DNA of 30,331 nt, taken from a virus (taxonomy: Duplodnaviria; Caudoviricetes). A program made the translations under genes and the position numbers. Positions 8,645 to 17,325 of the stretch are shown here, piece by piece (position 1 is the first letter of the stretch; every line of letters begins with the position of its first letter). The DNA is taken from positions 1 to 30,331 of IMG/VR virus record IMGVR_UViG_3300030329_002035, one strand, 5' to 3'. A model generated the notes under the pieces. The model searched no databases. It had not been told where the DNA came from and saw nothing but the letters and a program-made list of their open reading frames with translations.

Positions 8645-8978
8645 TAGGATATTCTCAAAGTATATCAGATTAAGAGATAAGTATTGTGTGTTATGTGGAT
8701 CACCAGACAATGCAAATTGTGGTCACTTATTCAGTAGAAGGCATTACTCTACCAGATGGGATGAAGAGAATTGCTTTCAGCAATGTTATCCTTGTAATTT
8801 TAAGCACAATCATCAACCATATCATTATCATAAATGGTATATAGAAAAGTTTGGTAAAGATAAAATGGATGAACTCCATACTAAACATTTACAAAGTAAA
8901 AAGTTTTCAAACACAGACCTAGAGGAGTTATATGAGCAAATCAAAATCAAATACGAAGAACTTGAAAAACAAGTGTAA
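8601..8978 (+). CDS. NinG/Rap-like HNH endonuclease
   Basis: LD.IFSKYIRLRD..CVLCG...CGH..SR....TRWDE.N..QCYPCN. Confidence 0.8.
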   Translation: MGRKITRKGLIKKLDRIFSKYIRLRDKYCVLCGSPDNANCGHLFSRRHYSTRWDEENCFQQCYPCNFKHNHQPYHYHKWYIEKFGKDKMDELHTKHLQSKKFSNTDLEELYEQIKIKYEELEKQV

Positions 8979-9171
8979 TATATGTGATAGTGAAATAGAA
9001 GAAGACAATGGAGATATAGTTGGACAATTTGGTATTTGTCCCGTTGCATTCTGTGTTTGGTGTATGTCCTCAATAACTGATATGGTAATCCAATTAAATA
9101 ATTTTGACGATGTTGAAACATTAAAAGAAAGAATAAACGATTTAAATGAAGAGCAAACATATAGATTTTAA
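8962..9171 (+). CDS. Zn-finger protein
   Basis: CNIC...CVWC; start uncertain (8932 in the ORF track, or TTG at 8962). Confidence 0.55.
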   Translation: MKNKCNICDSEIEEDNGDIVGQFGICPVAFCVWCMSSITDMVIQLNNFDDVETLKERINDLNEEQTYRF

Positions 9172-9337
9172 TAGACTTAACGATCAAATGGATACTGCAA
9201 TAAGGGATGCAGAAATCAAAGCATTTTGGAAAGGTTTAAGCTATAGCAAACTGAACTCCAATGATAAAATATCTATTATAAAAGAACACTACTTTATATC
9301 TGATGAATCAGTAACCAGAATTATATATAACAAATGA
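9146..9337 (+). CDS. Hypothetical protein, possible small HTH
   Basis: 63-aa ORF, ...IKEHYFISDESVTRIIY. Confidence 0.5.
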   Translation: MKSKHIDFNRLNDQMDTAIRDAEIKAFWKGLSYSKLNSNDKISIIKEHYFISDESVTRIIYNK

Positions 9338-9732
9338 GTCTTATGGTAGGCACTGCTGGTGAACACTTTGTTTGCTTTGATTGTTTCTACAAGGGTCATA
9401 ATGCTACTATTGTTAATGGACAAATGCCTTACGATGTAGTTATAGCAGAGAATGGTTATGTTTATAAGGTTCAAGTTAAAACATCCAACACAACAACTAC
9501 TGATGGTCGTTCATTCCAATATGTATTAAAGTATACCAGAGAGATGGCTTTAAAAGGTGGATACAGAAGAAGGGATGTTGACTTGTTTGCTTTTGTTAAT
9601 CCAGAATTAAGGAAGGTGGCTTACATTCCATATGATAAAGTGGCTACAAACTGGAAGGTCACAATCCAAACTACAGACTATGACCTTCACTCTATTGATA
9701 CTGCTATTGATTATTTAAAGACTACTTTTTAA
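9334..9732 (+). CDS. PD-(D/E)xK endonuclease (homing-endonuclease-like)
   Basis: G.AGEH.V...PYDVV...KVQVKT...DLFAFV. Confidence 0.8.
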   Translation: MSLMVGTAGEHFVCFDCFYKGHNATIVNGQMPYDVVIAENGYVYKVQVKTSNTTTTDGRSFQYVLKYTREMALKGGYRRRDVDLFAFVNPELRKVAYIPYDKVATNWKVTIQTTDYDLHSIDTAIDYLKTTF

Positions 9733-10147
9733 ACCGAGATAAAGACTTTTGAATTTCTTTTTCAAAATTTAAAATAAGACCAAGAAAACCATCTAATAGG
9801 TCTTTTTCTTTTTCATCCTCATAATCCAATACATTATTAGCATCATTCCAGACATCTCTAAAATCAGAAACCACATCAAAGTAACCACCTATATCAGCTT
9901 TAATTTCTTTAAGGTCTTTGATTTGAATTAGATATTCCAAGCATCTAACTGCTACACCAGACATTGTTCTGTTACCATTCTCAATACCACAGATAATATC
10001 TTTTCTGGTATATCCTAAAGCATCAGCCATCTGTTGTTGGCTGTAGCCTAATTCCAAACGAACTTTTTTAAGAACAACTTGACCCATATGTTCAACATAA
10101 TTTTGTTCTTTTTCTTTTTCTAAAAACTCTGCATATTCTTTTGTCAT
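9722..10147 (-). CDS. XRE-family HTH protein
   Basis: LKKVRLELGYSQQQMADALGY...ICGIENGNR; AGGAG RBS. Confidence 0.8.
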   Translation of the reverse strand: MTKEYAEFLEKEKEQNYVEHMGQVVLKKVRLELGYSQQQMADALGYTRKDIICGIENGNRTMSGVAVRCLEYLIQIKDLKEIKADIGGYFDVVSDFRDVWNDANNVLDYEDEKEKDLLDGFLGLILNFEKEIQKSLSRFKK

Positions 10148-10452
10148 TACACATTCTCCTTAATTAATTTATTTAAAAAATACTTATTAACTTTATCTCC
10201 TTTATGAAGACTATCAGAACTACAACCATATTTTTTTACAAACTTTTCTTCATCCTCATTCCACCAAAGAATTGCTTTTTTCAACTCCATCATATGTCTT
10301 ATTTCCATTGCAATTAACTTTGCTTTTTGAACTGCTGGAGAATCAGTTTTTCCATCTACTACAATAGGTTTCATTGGTTTCTCCTTTATTATTTTTTTTA
10401 ATTTATTATTAACATTTTTATCATTTGCTATCATTCCTAATATATCCATCAC
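10147..10452 (-). CDS. Hypothetical early protein
   Basis: 101-aa ORF with AGGAGATTC RBS, immediately downstream of the hammerhead. Confidence 0.65.
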   Translation of the reverse strand: MMDILGMIANDKNVNNKLKKIIKEKPMKPIVVDGKTDSPAVQKAKLIAMEIRHMMELKKAILWWNEDEEKFVKKYGCSSDSLHKGDKVNKYFLNKLIKENV

Positions 10453-10465
10453 GAATCTCCTATTT

Positions 10466-10530
10466 TGGCTTTATCATCAGATGCAAGAGAGCCACTCTTA
10501 CATTATGCCTCTGGGTAGAGGCATTTCAAA
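10466..10530 (-). ncRNA. Hammerhead ribozyme, type II, with loop I pseudoknot
   Basis: UUU GAAA [UGCCUCU-ACCC-AGAGGCA] UA| [AUGUAAGAG-UGGCU-CUCUUGCAU] CUGAUGA UAA AGCCA. Full catalytic core, stems I and III, and loop UGGCU complementary to the 3' AGCCA. Confidence 0.88.
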
Positions 10531-10698
10531 TTACCATTTACTATTATCAGTTCTATAAGTAACCCATACACATATGATCATAAAAATCCAAATTAAGAAT
10601 AAAGGCATCCAATTTAAGCCTCTACACATATGATTTAACATTAAAATACTCCACAGAACTAAAGACACACTCATTGAAATAGTCATCATATATTTCAT
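10531..10698 (-). CDS. Small two-TM membrane protein (55 aa)
   Basis: Hand-translated MKYMMTISMSVSLVLWSILMLNHMCRGLNWMPLFLIWIFMIICVWVTYRTDNSKW; GGAGGT RBS and TAATG coupling. Confidence 0.7.
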   Translation of the reverse strand: MKYMMTISMSVSLVLWSILMLNHMCRGLNWMPLFLIWIFMIICVWVTYRTDNSKW

Positions 10699-11024
10699 TA
10701 TTTTACCTCCTCTACAAATCCATCAAACCAACCATCACCAGCAGTTGAAGGGTCTTGACAATGATTCTTTGCTTGTTCCAGAGTAAGACCAGTTAATATT
10801 GTTTTCTCTTCCAATCCCATTTGATAGAACCTAACTATTTTATATGAAGGCTCATCATTCTGAACTACATTATCTTTATTTATCAATTCCATACTTTTTC
10901 TAAAAGGTTCAAAGGAATTTATATTACAATCCTCACATAGACACTGGTCATCATCACCATAATAAGCCTCTTCAATATCTATATCAATCCTTCTTTCACA
11001 ATCTACACATTTAGTTATACTCAT
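10698..11024 (-). CDS. Modular early protein (Zn finger + VQNDEP + small domain)
   Basis: CVDC...CEDC, then VQNDEP, then YKIVRFY...TGLTLEQA..HC.DP...WFDGF; AGGAGATTC RBS. Confidence 0.7.
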   Translation of the reverse strand: MSITKCVDCERRIDIDIEEAYYGDDDQCLCEDCNINSFEPFRKSMELINKDNVVQNDEPSYKIVRFYQMGLEEKTILTGLTLEQAKNHCQDPSTAGDGWFDGFVEEVK

Positions 11025-11713
11025 TTGAATCTCCTTTTTATTTAATTAAAATTTAGTTGTTTATAAGACTTAACAAATGAATATAAACTATCTAATGATA
11101 TATATTCATAATCCCAATCTGACGATCTATTTTTTACTTTAACACTCCAATTATAAGTATCAAACCAACACTCATCATTTTCTCTACCATACCACTGACC
11201 TTCAACCTCTACAATCTTACCATAGAATTTAAAGATTATAAATAGGTCAGATTTAAAGTCATTTTTCTCTGCTCTATAATAATTATACCTCGCAGTTTTT
11301 AATGCCTCATATTCACCATAATTATTATGAAACATAGCCTCTACAACCTCTCTTACTATTCCAGTATTAGTATCTGGAATCACATCTATTTGTTTACTTG
11401 TTAACATTATCGAATCTCCTTATTTTTAAAATCTCTAACCATTTCAACATTATACATCTTTTCACATTTTGAACATTTCCATACCTCATAAGGAAAACAT
11501 TCACCTTCTTCTACCCATTCTAAATTATCATCATCATCGCAACATTTAGGCTCATCATTCTGAACTTTAGTTAAATCATCCTCATCAACCATATCAGAGA
11601 AAATAGAACAATCACCATTATATTCATATAAAGTTTGATTACCTTCATCATCTTCTCTATAGAATGTAATATCCCAAACTCCAATATTACCTTTAGGCTC
11701 ATCATTCTGAACT
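10848..11713 (-). repeat. Three identical 19-nt direct repeats AGTTCAGAATGATGAGCCT
   Basis: At 10848-10866, 11548-11566 and 11695-11713; the last two match over 22 nt. All are read in frame as VQNDEP. Confidence 0.9.
11042..11407 (-). CDS. Hypothetical early protein
   Basis: 121-aa ORF with AAGGAGATTC RBS. Confidence 0.7.
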   Translation of the reverse strand: MLTSKQIDVIPDTNTGIVREVVEAMFHNNYGEYEALKTARYNYYRAEKNDFKSDLFIIFKFYGKIVEVEGQWYGRENDECWFDTYNWSVKVKNRSSDWDYEYISLDSLYSFVKSYKQLNFN

Positions 11714-12393
11714 CCATCAAGATTAACTATAGTATCATTATACTCATCACCATAGTCAATTACTGCTTTATTATCTTTAGGCATATAATTTCCGATAGGA
11801 CTAACTCCCATTATATAGAAACAATCAGTATAATCAAGCATATTACAATCTTCAAATAAATCTCTATATTTCTCATCCATTTCAGCATCTACTGAAACTA
11901 ACTTATCTTTAGATATTGAATAGTGAAAGTAATCTTCAGAATTAGATGTTCTATCATACCAAGTGCTTAAAACCAAAATAGTATCTTCATCTATACGAAC
12001 ACCATTGTAAAATTGACCATCACCTTCATCTGCATTACATCCTTCTGCAACCATATCACAGAAATCTTTATCAATCTCCTCTACTTTGGTTATTTGTTTC
12101 TGAAGGTTATTAAGAACTACTGCTTTATCAAGTTTAGATAAGATAGATTTAAGGTTTTGATATTCTTTTTCAGAGGCTTGACAAGGGTATAATACAAACA
12201 CGCTATCTTTAAGTTTAATCATCTCATCATTTAAGAACTCTCTGAACTTATCTACATTTTCAATTTCAATCATATGACTCTTGTCTTCCATTCTAGTTTT
12301 AATCCACTTGAATCCTCGTGCTATAGATGATGTACCACAAATTGAAATTGTATTATATTCTGTATCTGTTAATTTTAAAGTTATTGTTTTCAT
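11407..12393 (-). CDS. Acidic modular early protein with two VQNDEP junctions
   Basis: ORF track 11407..12405; GGAGATTC precedes the ATG at 12393; C-terminal CC...CSKC module. Confidence 0.7.
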   Translation of the reverse strand: MKTITLKLTDTEYNTISICGTSSIARGFKWIKTRMEDKSHMIEIENVDKFREFLNDEMIKLKDSVFVLYPCQASEKEYQNLKSILSKLDKAVVLNNLQKQITKVEEIDKDFCDMVAEGCNADEGDGQFYNGVRIDEDTILVLSTWYDRTSNSEDYFHYSISKDKLVSVDAEMDEKYRDLFEDCNMLDYTDCFYIMGVSPIGNYMPKDNKAVIDYGDEYNDTIVNLDGVQNDEPKGNIGVWDITFYREDDEGNQTLYEYNGDCSIFSDMVDEDDLTKVQNDEPKCCDDDDNLEWVEEGECFPYEVWKCSKCEKMYNVEMVRDFKNKEIR

Positions 12394-12436
12394 TTGAATC
12401 TCCAATTTATTTATTTGTTTTGTCTAACTTGTAATT

Positions 12437-12466
12437 AATTTAGTTTACTTAAAGTATTATATGCAA
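12437..12466 (-). promoter_or_regulatory. Sigma70-type promoter for the leftward early cluster
   Basis: TTGCAT-N18-TAAATT. Confidence 0.5.
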
Positions 12467-12564
12467 GAAAAATCGTAATTTATTTTTCGCATCGACCAGA
12501 AAAAAGTGATAAAGGTCACAATATTTACCTACCATTTATCAAATTAAGTAGTTTAAAATTAGTT

Positions 12565-12807
12565 ATGATAGAATCAATCTATTTAATAGTGGGAGTATTA
12601 ATGGGAGTTATTATTACTATTGTAGGTACAAAACTGGGTTCAAATACTTATAAGAATGCAGTTAGTGACATTACACAGCCACCTCAATTCAGCGATGAAG
12701 ATAGAACTGCTGATACACCTCCAGACTATGAAACATCCTATAACTATGATAACTACAAAGACTACATAGAGTCACTAGATGATGAGAAAACAGAGGATAT
12801 AAACTAA
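12565..12807 (+). CDS. Single-TM membrane protein
   Basis: IYLIVGVLMGVIITIVG followed by an acidic tail. Confidence 0.6.
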   Translation: MIESIYLIVGVLMGVIITIVGTKLGSNTYKNAVSDITQPPQFSDEDRTADTPPDYETSYNYDNYKDYIESLDDEKTEDIN

Positions 12808-12808
12808 T

Positions 12809-13192
12809 ATGTCAGAGATAGTAAAGAATGGAGTAAATCCAAACGATGCAGTTATAGAGGAGAAAATAGACGACTCCGACGATCAACCGAAGAGACATAA
12901 AGATGGTAAGTGGAAAGCTGGTCAATCTGGTAATCCAAAAGGCAGACCAAAAGGTAATGCAATAGTTGATGAATTTAGAGCCAATCCAAAAGGTGAAACT
13001 CTAATTGAAAATATCTTCAAAATAGCCGGAACATTAGGAACTCAATCCCAACACAAAGATGCAATGACTTGTGCTAAACTAGTAATAGAGAGATTAATAC
13101 CTTCACTTAAAAGCAGTGAACTTAAAGTGGAGAATAACGAGAATTTAGGCTTTGTCTATTTACCAGAACAGAAAAAGCCAGAAACAGAATAA
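12809..13192 (+). CDS. Putative terminase small subunit (DUF5681-like motif)
   Basis: GKWKAGQSGNPKGRPKG; directly upstream of TerL. Confidence 0.65.
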   Translation: MSEIVKNGVNPNDAVIEEKIDDSDDQPKRHKDGKWKAGQSGNPKGRPKGNAIVDEFRANPKGETLIENIFKIAGTLGTQSQHKDAMTCAKLVIERLIPSLKSSELKVENNENLGFVYLPEQKKPETE

Positions 13193-13231
13193 AGCCGTGA
13201 TAAACACGAAAATAACACGGATTACAGCTTT

Positions 13232-14644
13232 TTGAAATCAATCTGGAAACCACACGAGGGTCAACAGACATTAGCATTATCCATAGACACATCAGTGTAT
13301 GAAATACTATATGGTGGTGCGAGGGGTGGTGGAAAAACAGATGCTGGAATATGTTGGTTATTAAAGGGGACTACAAATCCTAATTTCATAGGACTAGTAG
13401 TTAGGAGGAATCACTCTGATTTAAGGAATTGGTTAGATAGAGCCAGTCAATTATATGTAGGAGCAAAGTTTACTGGTAAGCCTACTACAATAGAATTTCC
13501 TAATGGTAGTAAGATATACACTGCACACTTAAAAGATAAGGATGCATATCAATCTACTCAAGGGTGGAACATTAATAGACTCTTAATTGAAGAGGTAGGC
13601 CAGATACCAAGAGAGGAAGACTATCTAAAGTTGTTGTCTAGTGTGAGGTCTACTACCGATGTGAAGCCACAAGTGTTTCTTACTGCTAACCCGGGAGGGA
13701 GTGGTCATAACTGGCTCAAGGCTCGATTCTGTATCGGAGAAAAAAAAAGTGGGGTCGCATTTGCCGGTAAGGTAAGTAAAAGATATAGGATTTATATTCC
13801 AGCTACCATAGATGATAATCCAACTCTAAAGAACTCTGATCCAGACTATGTAAATTTTTTAGAAAGTTTACCAGAGCCTTTAAAGAGTGCTTGGAGGAAC
13901 GGAGACTGGGATGTATTTGCTGGACAATATTTTAAAGAGTTTCACCCAGCGAAGCATATAATTTCCGAAGAAGATGCTAAATCGAAAGGATTTGGCGATA
14001 TAAATAATTTTAGATACATTGGTATAGACTGGGGATATTCTGCACCATTTTGTGCATTATGGATTGAAGTAACACCAGAGAATAAGGTTTTTTGTTATAG
14101 AGAATTATATGGTACTGAAAAGCATCCAATGGAATGGGGTGAGATGATTCGTGACTTAACAAGAGAAGATATTGTAATGTCATTAGGAGACCCATCTATG
14201 TGGACTCGAAATCCGATGAGTTGGAAGAATCCAGCCAGTCAGATGTATACTGATAGGAGTATAGCGAATGCTTTGATGGGTGATGCTGGAAATCCTTTAG
14301 TGCCGAATTTACAACCAGCTAATAATGATAGGGTTAACGGCTGGAGAAATTTAGCACAAATGATGCATCATAATAAAGAGGTCGAACCAAATTTTTTTAT
14401 AATAAATGGAGCTTGTCCAAATTTAGCAAGGACTATTCCAGAACAAATTTGTGATGATAGAAGACCAGAAGATTTAAATACGAATTTAGAAGATCACTGT
14501 GTGGATGCTTTGAGATATGCTTTGACTCATACTCAAGCACCATCAAAGGTTAAAAAAGAAAAAAAGAATGCAATGCAAAAAGACTTTGAAAGACTAACAC
14601 AAGAACCAAGTCCAAGTGGATTTGAGTATAATTTTGAAAAATAA
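13232..14644 (+). CDS. terL: Terminase large subunit
   Basis: PH.GQ, Walker A GGARGGGKT, Walker B LLIEE, TANPGG, RNase H-like GIDWG...DH..DALRY. Confidence 0.95.
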   Translation: MKSIWKPHEGQQTLALSIDTSVYEILYGGARGGGKTDAGICWLLKGTTNPNFIGLVVRRNHSDLRNWLDRASQLYVGAKFTGKPTTIEFPNGSKIYTAHLKDKDAYQSTQGWNINRLLIEEVGQIPREEDYLKLLSSVRSTTDVKPQVFLTANPGGSGHNWLKARFCIGEKKSGVAFAGKVSKRYRIYIPATIDDNPTLKNSDPDYVNFLESLPEPLKSAWRNGDWDVFAGQYFKEFHPAKHIISEEDAKSKGFGDINNFRYIGIDWGYSAPFCALWIEVTPENKVFCYRELYGTEKHPMEWGEMIRDLTREDIVMSLGDPSMWTRNPMSWKNPASQMYTDRSIANALMGDAGNPLVPNLQPANNDRVNGWRNLAQMMHHNKEVEPNFFIINGACPNLARTIPEQICDDRRPEDLNTNLEDHCVDALRYALTHTQAPSKVKKEKKNAMQKDFERLTQEPSPSGFEYNFEK

Positions 14645-14660
14645 CAAGGAGTGAGTAAAA

Positions 14661-15299
14661 ATGGCTAAAAGGAAAGTAGGTGATTATGTAAAAGGGAAGG
14701 GGATTATAAAAAGTATAAACCCTAATTCTGGTAACATAATGTACGAAAGAAATTCAATAAAAAAAGAAGAGATAAAGAAGAATGAACCTAGAAGAAATTA
14801 CAGTTATAAAACTACTAAAGATTCTTCAGATTCAGAAAAAGGCACTGGTCTCTTTAGAAGGTTGTTTGGTATAAAGAGCAAGGATGTTTTAGAACACGAT
14901 AAGATTAAAGAAAACCCACATCACGATTTGCAGACAAAATCTGAATTAATTGGGAAGGATATTGAGAAAGTCCAAGATGAGGCTTTCTATCCCGGAAAAG
15001 GTGTAGAGATCAAAAAGCTAGAAGAAGACAAGGCTAGGATTGACAAAAGAAGAAGATATGCTAGTGGTGAAGAGGGTGATATTCAATTTGCAATTGATGG
15101 ATTTGTTGGCGACAGAACTGAATTAAGAAATACTTTAGCTCAACTTGATGCTGATAGAAAGGCTAATAAATTAACTGATTGGGAATATAAAAATAGAAAA
15201 AAATCTATTGATTATAAATTAAGTGAGGTTCAAAAGCAAATAAATAATCTATACGGTCAAATGAAAAATATAAAGACAAAGAAATTAGCCGAGGGTTAA
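14661..15299 (+). CDS. Hypothetical charged protein
   Basis: 212-aa ORF with AAGGAG RBS. Confidence 0.65.
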   Translation: MAKRKVGDYVKGKGIIKSINPNSGNIMYERNSIKKEEIKKNEPRRNYSYKTTKDSSDSEKGTGLFRRLFGIKSKDVLEHDKIKENPHHDLQTKSELIGKDIEKVQDEAFYPGKGVEIKKLEEDKARIDKRRRYASGEEGDIQFAIDGFVGDRTELRNTLAQLDADRKANKLTDWEYKNRKKSIDYKLSEVQKQINNLYGQMKNIKTKKLAEG

Positions 15300-15300
15300 A

Positions 15301-15537
15301 ATGAGTATAAAAATAAAAAAAGTTAAATCTGTTAAAGATAAAAACTCCATTAAAGCTGTCATTAAAAAAGCAGAAAAGAAAACTGGTGGAAGCTCTTTGG
15401 ATATCAAAATTAAAACAACATCTTCTATTAGAGTTAAAAAAACAAAAGCAAGTAGGGGTGAAGTTAAAACTGATAGACAAAAATGGAAACTACCAACTGG
15501 ATTTCAAGAACAAGAGCAAGGTGGAGGAATTCAATAG
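15301..15537 (+). CDS. Small Lys-rich basic protein
   Basis: 78 aa, strongly K-rich, located between TerL and portal. Confidence 0.6.
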   Translation: MSIKIKKVKSVKDKNSIKAVIKKAEKKTGGSSLDIKIKTTSSIRVKKTKASRGEVKTDRQKWKLPTGFQEQEQGGGIQ

Positions 15538-17325
15538 ATGGCTCGAAAAGAATATCCCGATACTGGTGAGCCTATAGAGGTTCAAGCTGGATACTCTCCA
15601 GCAATAAAGGATTTTGAGCTTTTAAAGAAACTTGAAGGAAAATTTCAGTCTGCAAGAGAATCAAAAAAATCTAAAGTTCCACGATGGAGAAGAAACGAAG
15701 AATTATATGCTGGTGAGTTTTTAAAGCCATTTAACTTACCAAAATATAAATCTCGTATAGAGCCTAATATTGTTCACTCTATTGTTGAAACAATGTATTC
15801 TATTCTTACGGATCGTAATCCTAAAGTTGACTTGATGCCAAAAAGAGAAGACCAAATTCAACAAGCTAGAATTTCTCAAGAGGCTATTGAATCTGAAATG
15901 GAAAAAAGAAAAGTTTCTAGAGCTGTAGCTGGAATGAAAAGAGATGGTTTGATTTTTGGAAATGGGTTTTTGAAATGTGCAATGCATAATGGAAAAGTTG
16001 AATTTATCGTTCCAGACCCTTATACTGTTTATTTTGATCCACTTGCAACAAATATTGAAAATGCAAGTTGTGTTATTTTTGCAACACCTACATATATAAG
16101 CGATATAGCAAATCAATACCCTAATGGAAAGTATTGTAAAAGCGAAGGTAAGCTCAATGAATATAAATCTTTTATTAGACAATCTGATAAGTTAGCAAGT
16201 CCTTCTGGAAGAGTTGACTCTGTAGAGGTTGAAACAAAATCTCCAATTAGAACAGATTCAGATAATGCTGAAACTTATGGTAAGGGTCAAGCTCTATTGA
16301 AAGAGGCTTGGTATTATGAAGGAGGGGAATTATATTTAGCCACTTGGTGTGGTAATGTAATCCTACAGAGAGAAAAAGCACCCTATCCTTTTATACCGTT
16401 AGTAATGTTTCAAAATTATAAATCATCACATAGTATATGGGGTAAGGGTGAACCAGAGGTTGTGGAGTCTTTAGCAGTGGGTTCATCAATAACACTGTCT
16501 CAAGCTATGGATAATTTAATATATCACGGAAATCCAGCAGTGGTAATGCCTAAAAGTATGATGAAAACTCCGGGCAATAGGCCTACAGATAAACCCGGAC
16601 AAGTTTTTTATACTAATGGGCCACACGAAGTTATTAATAGATTACCGGCTGGAAATATAAGCCAATCTAGTTTACCGATGGCTAACAGTTTAATACAATT
16701 AGCTGATACTGTAAGTGGTGTTCACGACATAACTCAAGGCCGAAATCCGTCGGGAGTTACAGCTTCCCGGGCTATAGCTCAACTACAAGAAGCATCACAG
16801 CAAGTAATCAGAACAAAGGAAAGAGAGGTTGGTCAAGATGCCATTATCAGCCTTTATAAATATGTTTTATATATGCTTAAAAATAATTATTCAGAAAATA
16901 TCAAAGTAAGAACATATTCTCAACAAGATAGTATGTATGAATTTTATGAGGTAACACCTTATTTGCTAGATATTGATATGGATTTTAAATACATTCCGGG
17001 TTCAAGTATGCCAGAATCTCGTGCAAGTCGTTTTGATCAAGCATTAGACCTTGTTCAAATGGGATTATTAGATGCTGAACAATTCTGGAGATGGACACAA
17101 AAAGATATTTCTAAAGAAATATTAGAAGAAATGATGGAACAGAAGAGAATGCAACAAGAACAAATGGAACAGCAACAAGCTGTAATGCAACAATCTACTG
17201 ACCCTCAAGAAATTGAAGATGCTATGCTAATTCAACAAATGATGGAACAAGAACAAGGTGGTGGAGAACAGCAAGAGACTGGTCAACAACCATCACAACC
17301 AAGACCAAAAAGGTATAGACCATAA
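15538..17325 (+). CDS. Portal protein (P22-like)
   Basis: 595 aa; DGLIFGNG..K, DP.TVYFDP.A, SGV.D..QG....TASRAI, Q-rich C-terminal barrel. Confidence 0.9.
   Translation: MARKEYPDTGEPIEVQAGYSPAIKDFELLKKLEGKFQSARESKKSKVPRWRRNEELYAGEFLKPFNLPKYKSRIEPNIVHSIVETMYSILTDRNPKVDLMPKREDQIQQARISQEAIESEMEKRKVSRAVAGMKRDGLIFGNGFLKCAMHNGKVEFIVPDPYTVYFDPLATNIENASCVIFATPTYISDIANQYPNGKYCKSEGKLNEYKSFIRQSDKLASPSGRVDSVEVETKSPIRTDSDNAETYGKGQALLKEAWYYEGGELYLATWCGNVILQREKAPYPFIPLVMFQNYKSSHSIWGKGEPEVVESLAVGSSITLSQAMDNLIYHGNPAVVMPKSMMKTPGNRPTDKPGQVFYTNGPHEVINRLPAGNISQSSLPMANSLIQLADTVSGVHDITQGRNPSGVTASRAIAQLQEASQQVIRTKEREVGQDAIISLYKYVLYMLKNNYSENIKVRTYSQQDSMYEFYEVTPYLLDIDMDFKYIPGSSMPESRASRFDQALDLVQMGLLDAEQFWRWTQKDISKEILEEMMEQKRMQQEQMEQQQAVMQQSTDPQEIEDAMLIQQMMEQEQGGGEQQETGQQPSQPRPKRYRP

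Noticed and set aside
9722-10147. XRE protein as evidence of a lysogeny module
   Set aside because: No integrase, att site or partition genes were seen, and it is the last gene of an operon rather than part of a cI/cro divergent pair.
10848-11713. VQNDEP repeats as a CRISPR mini-array
   Set aside because: Spacers are 128 and 681 nt, lie in coding sequence, and there are no cas genes. The PD-(D/E)xK exonuclease lacks the Cas4 cysteine cluster.
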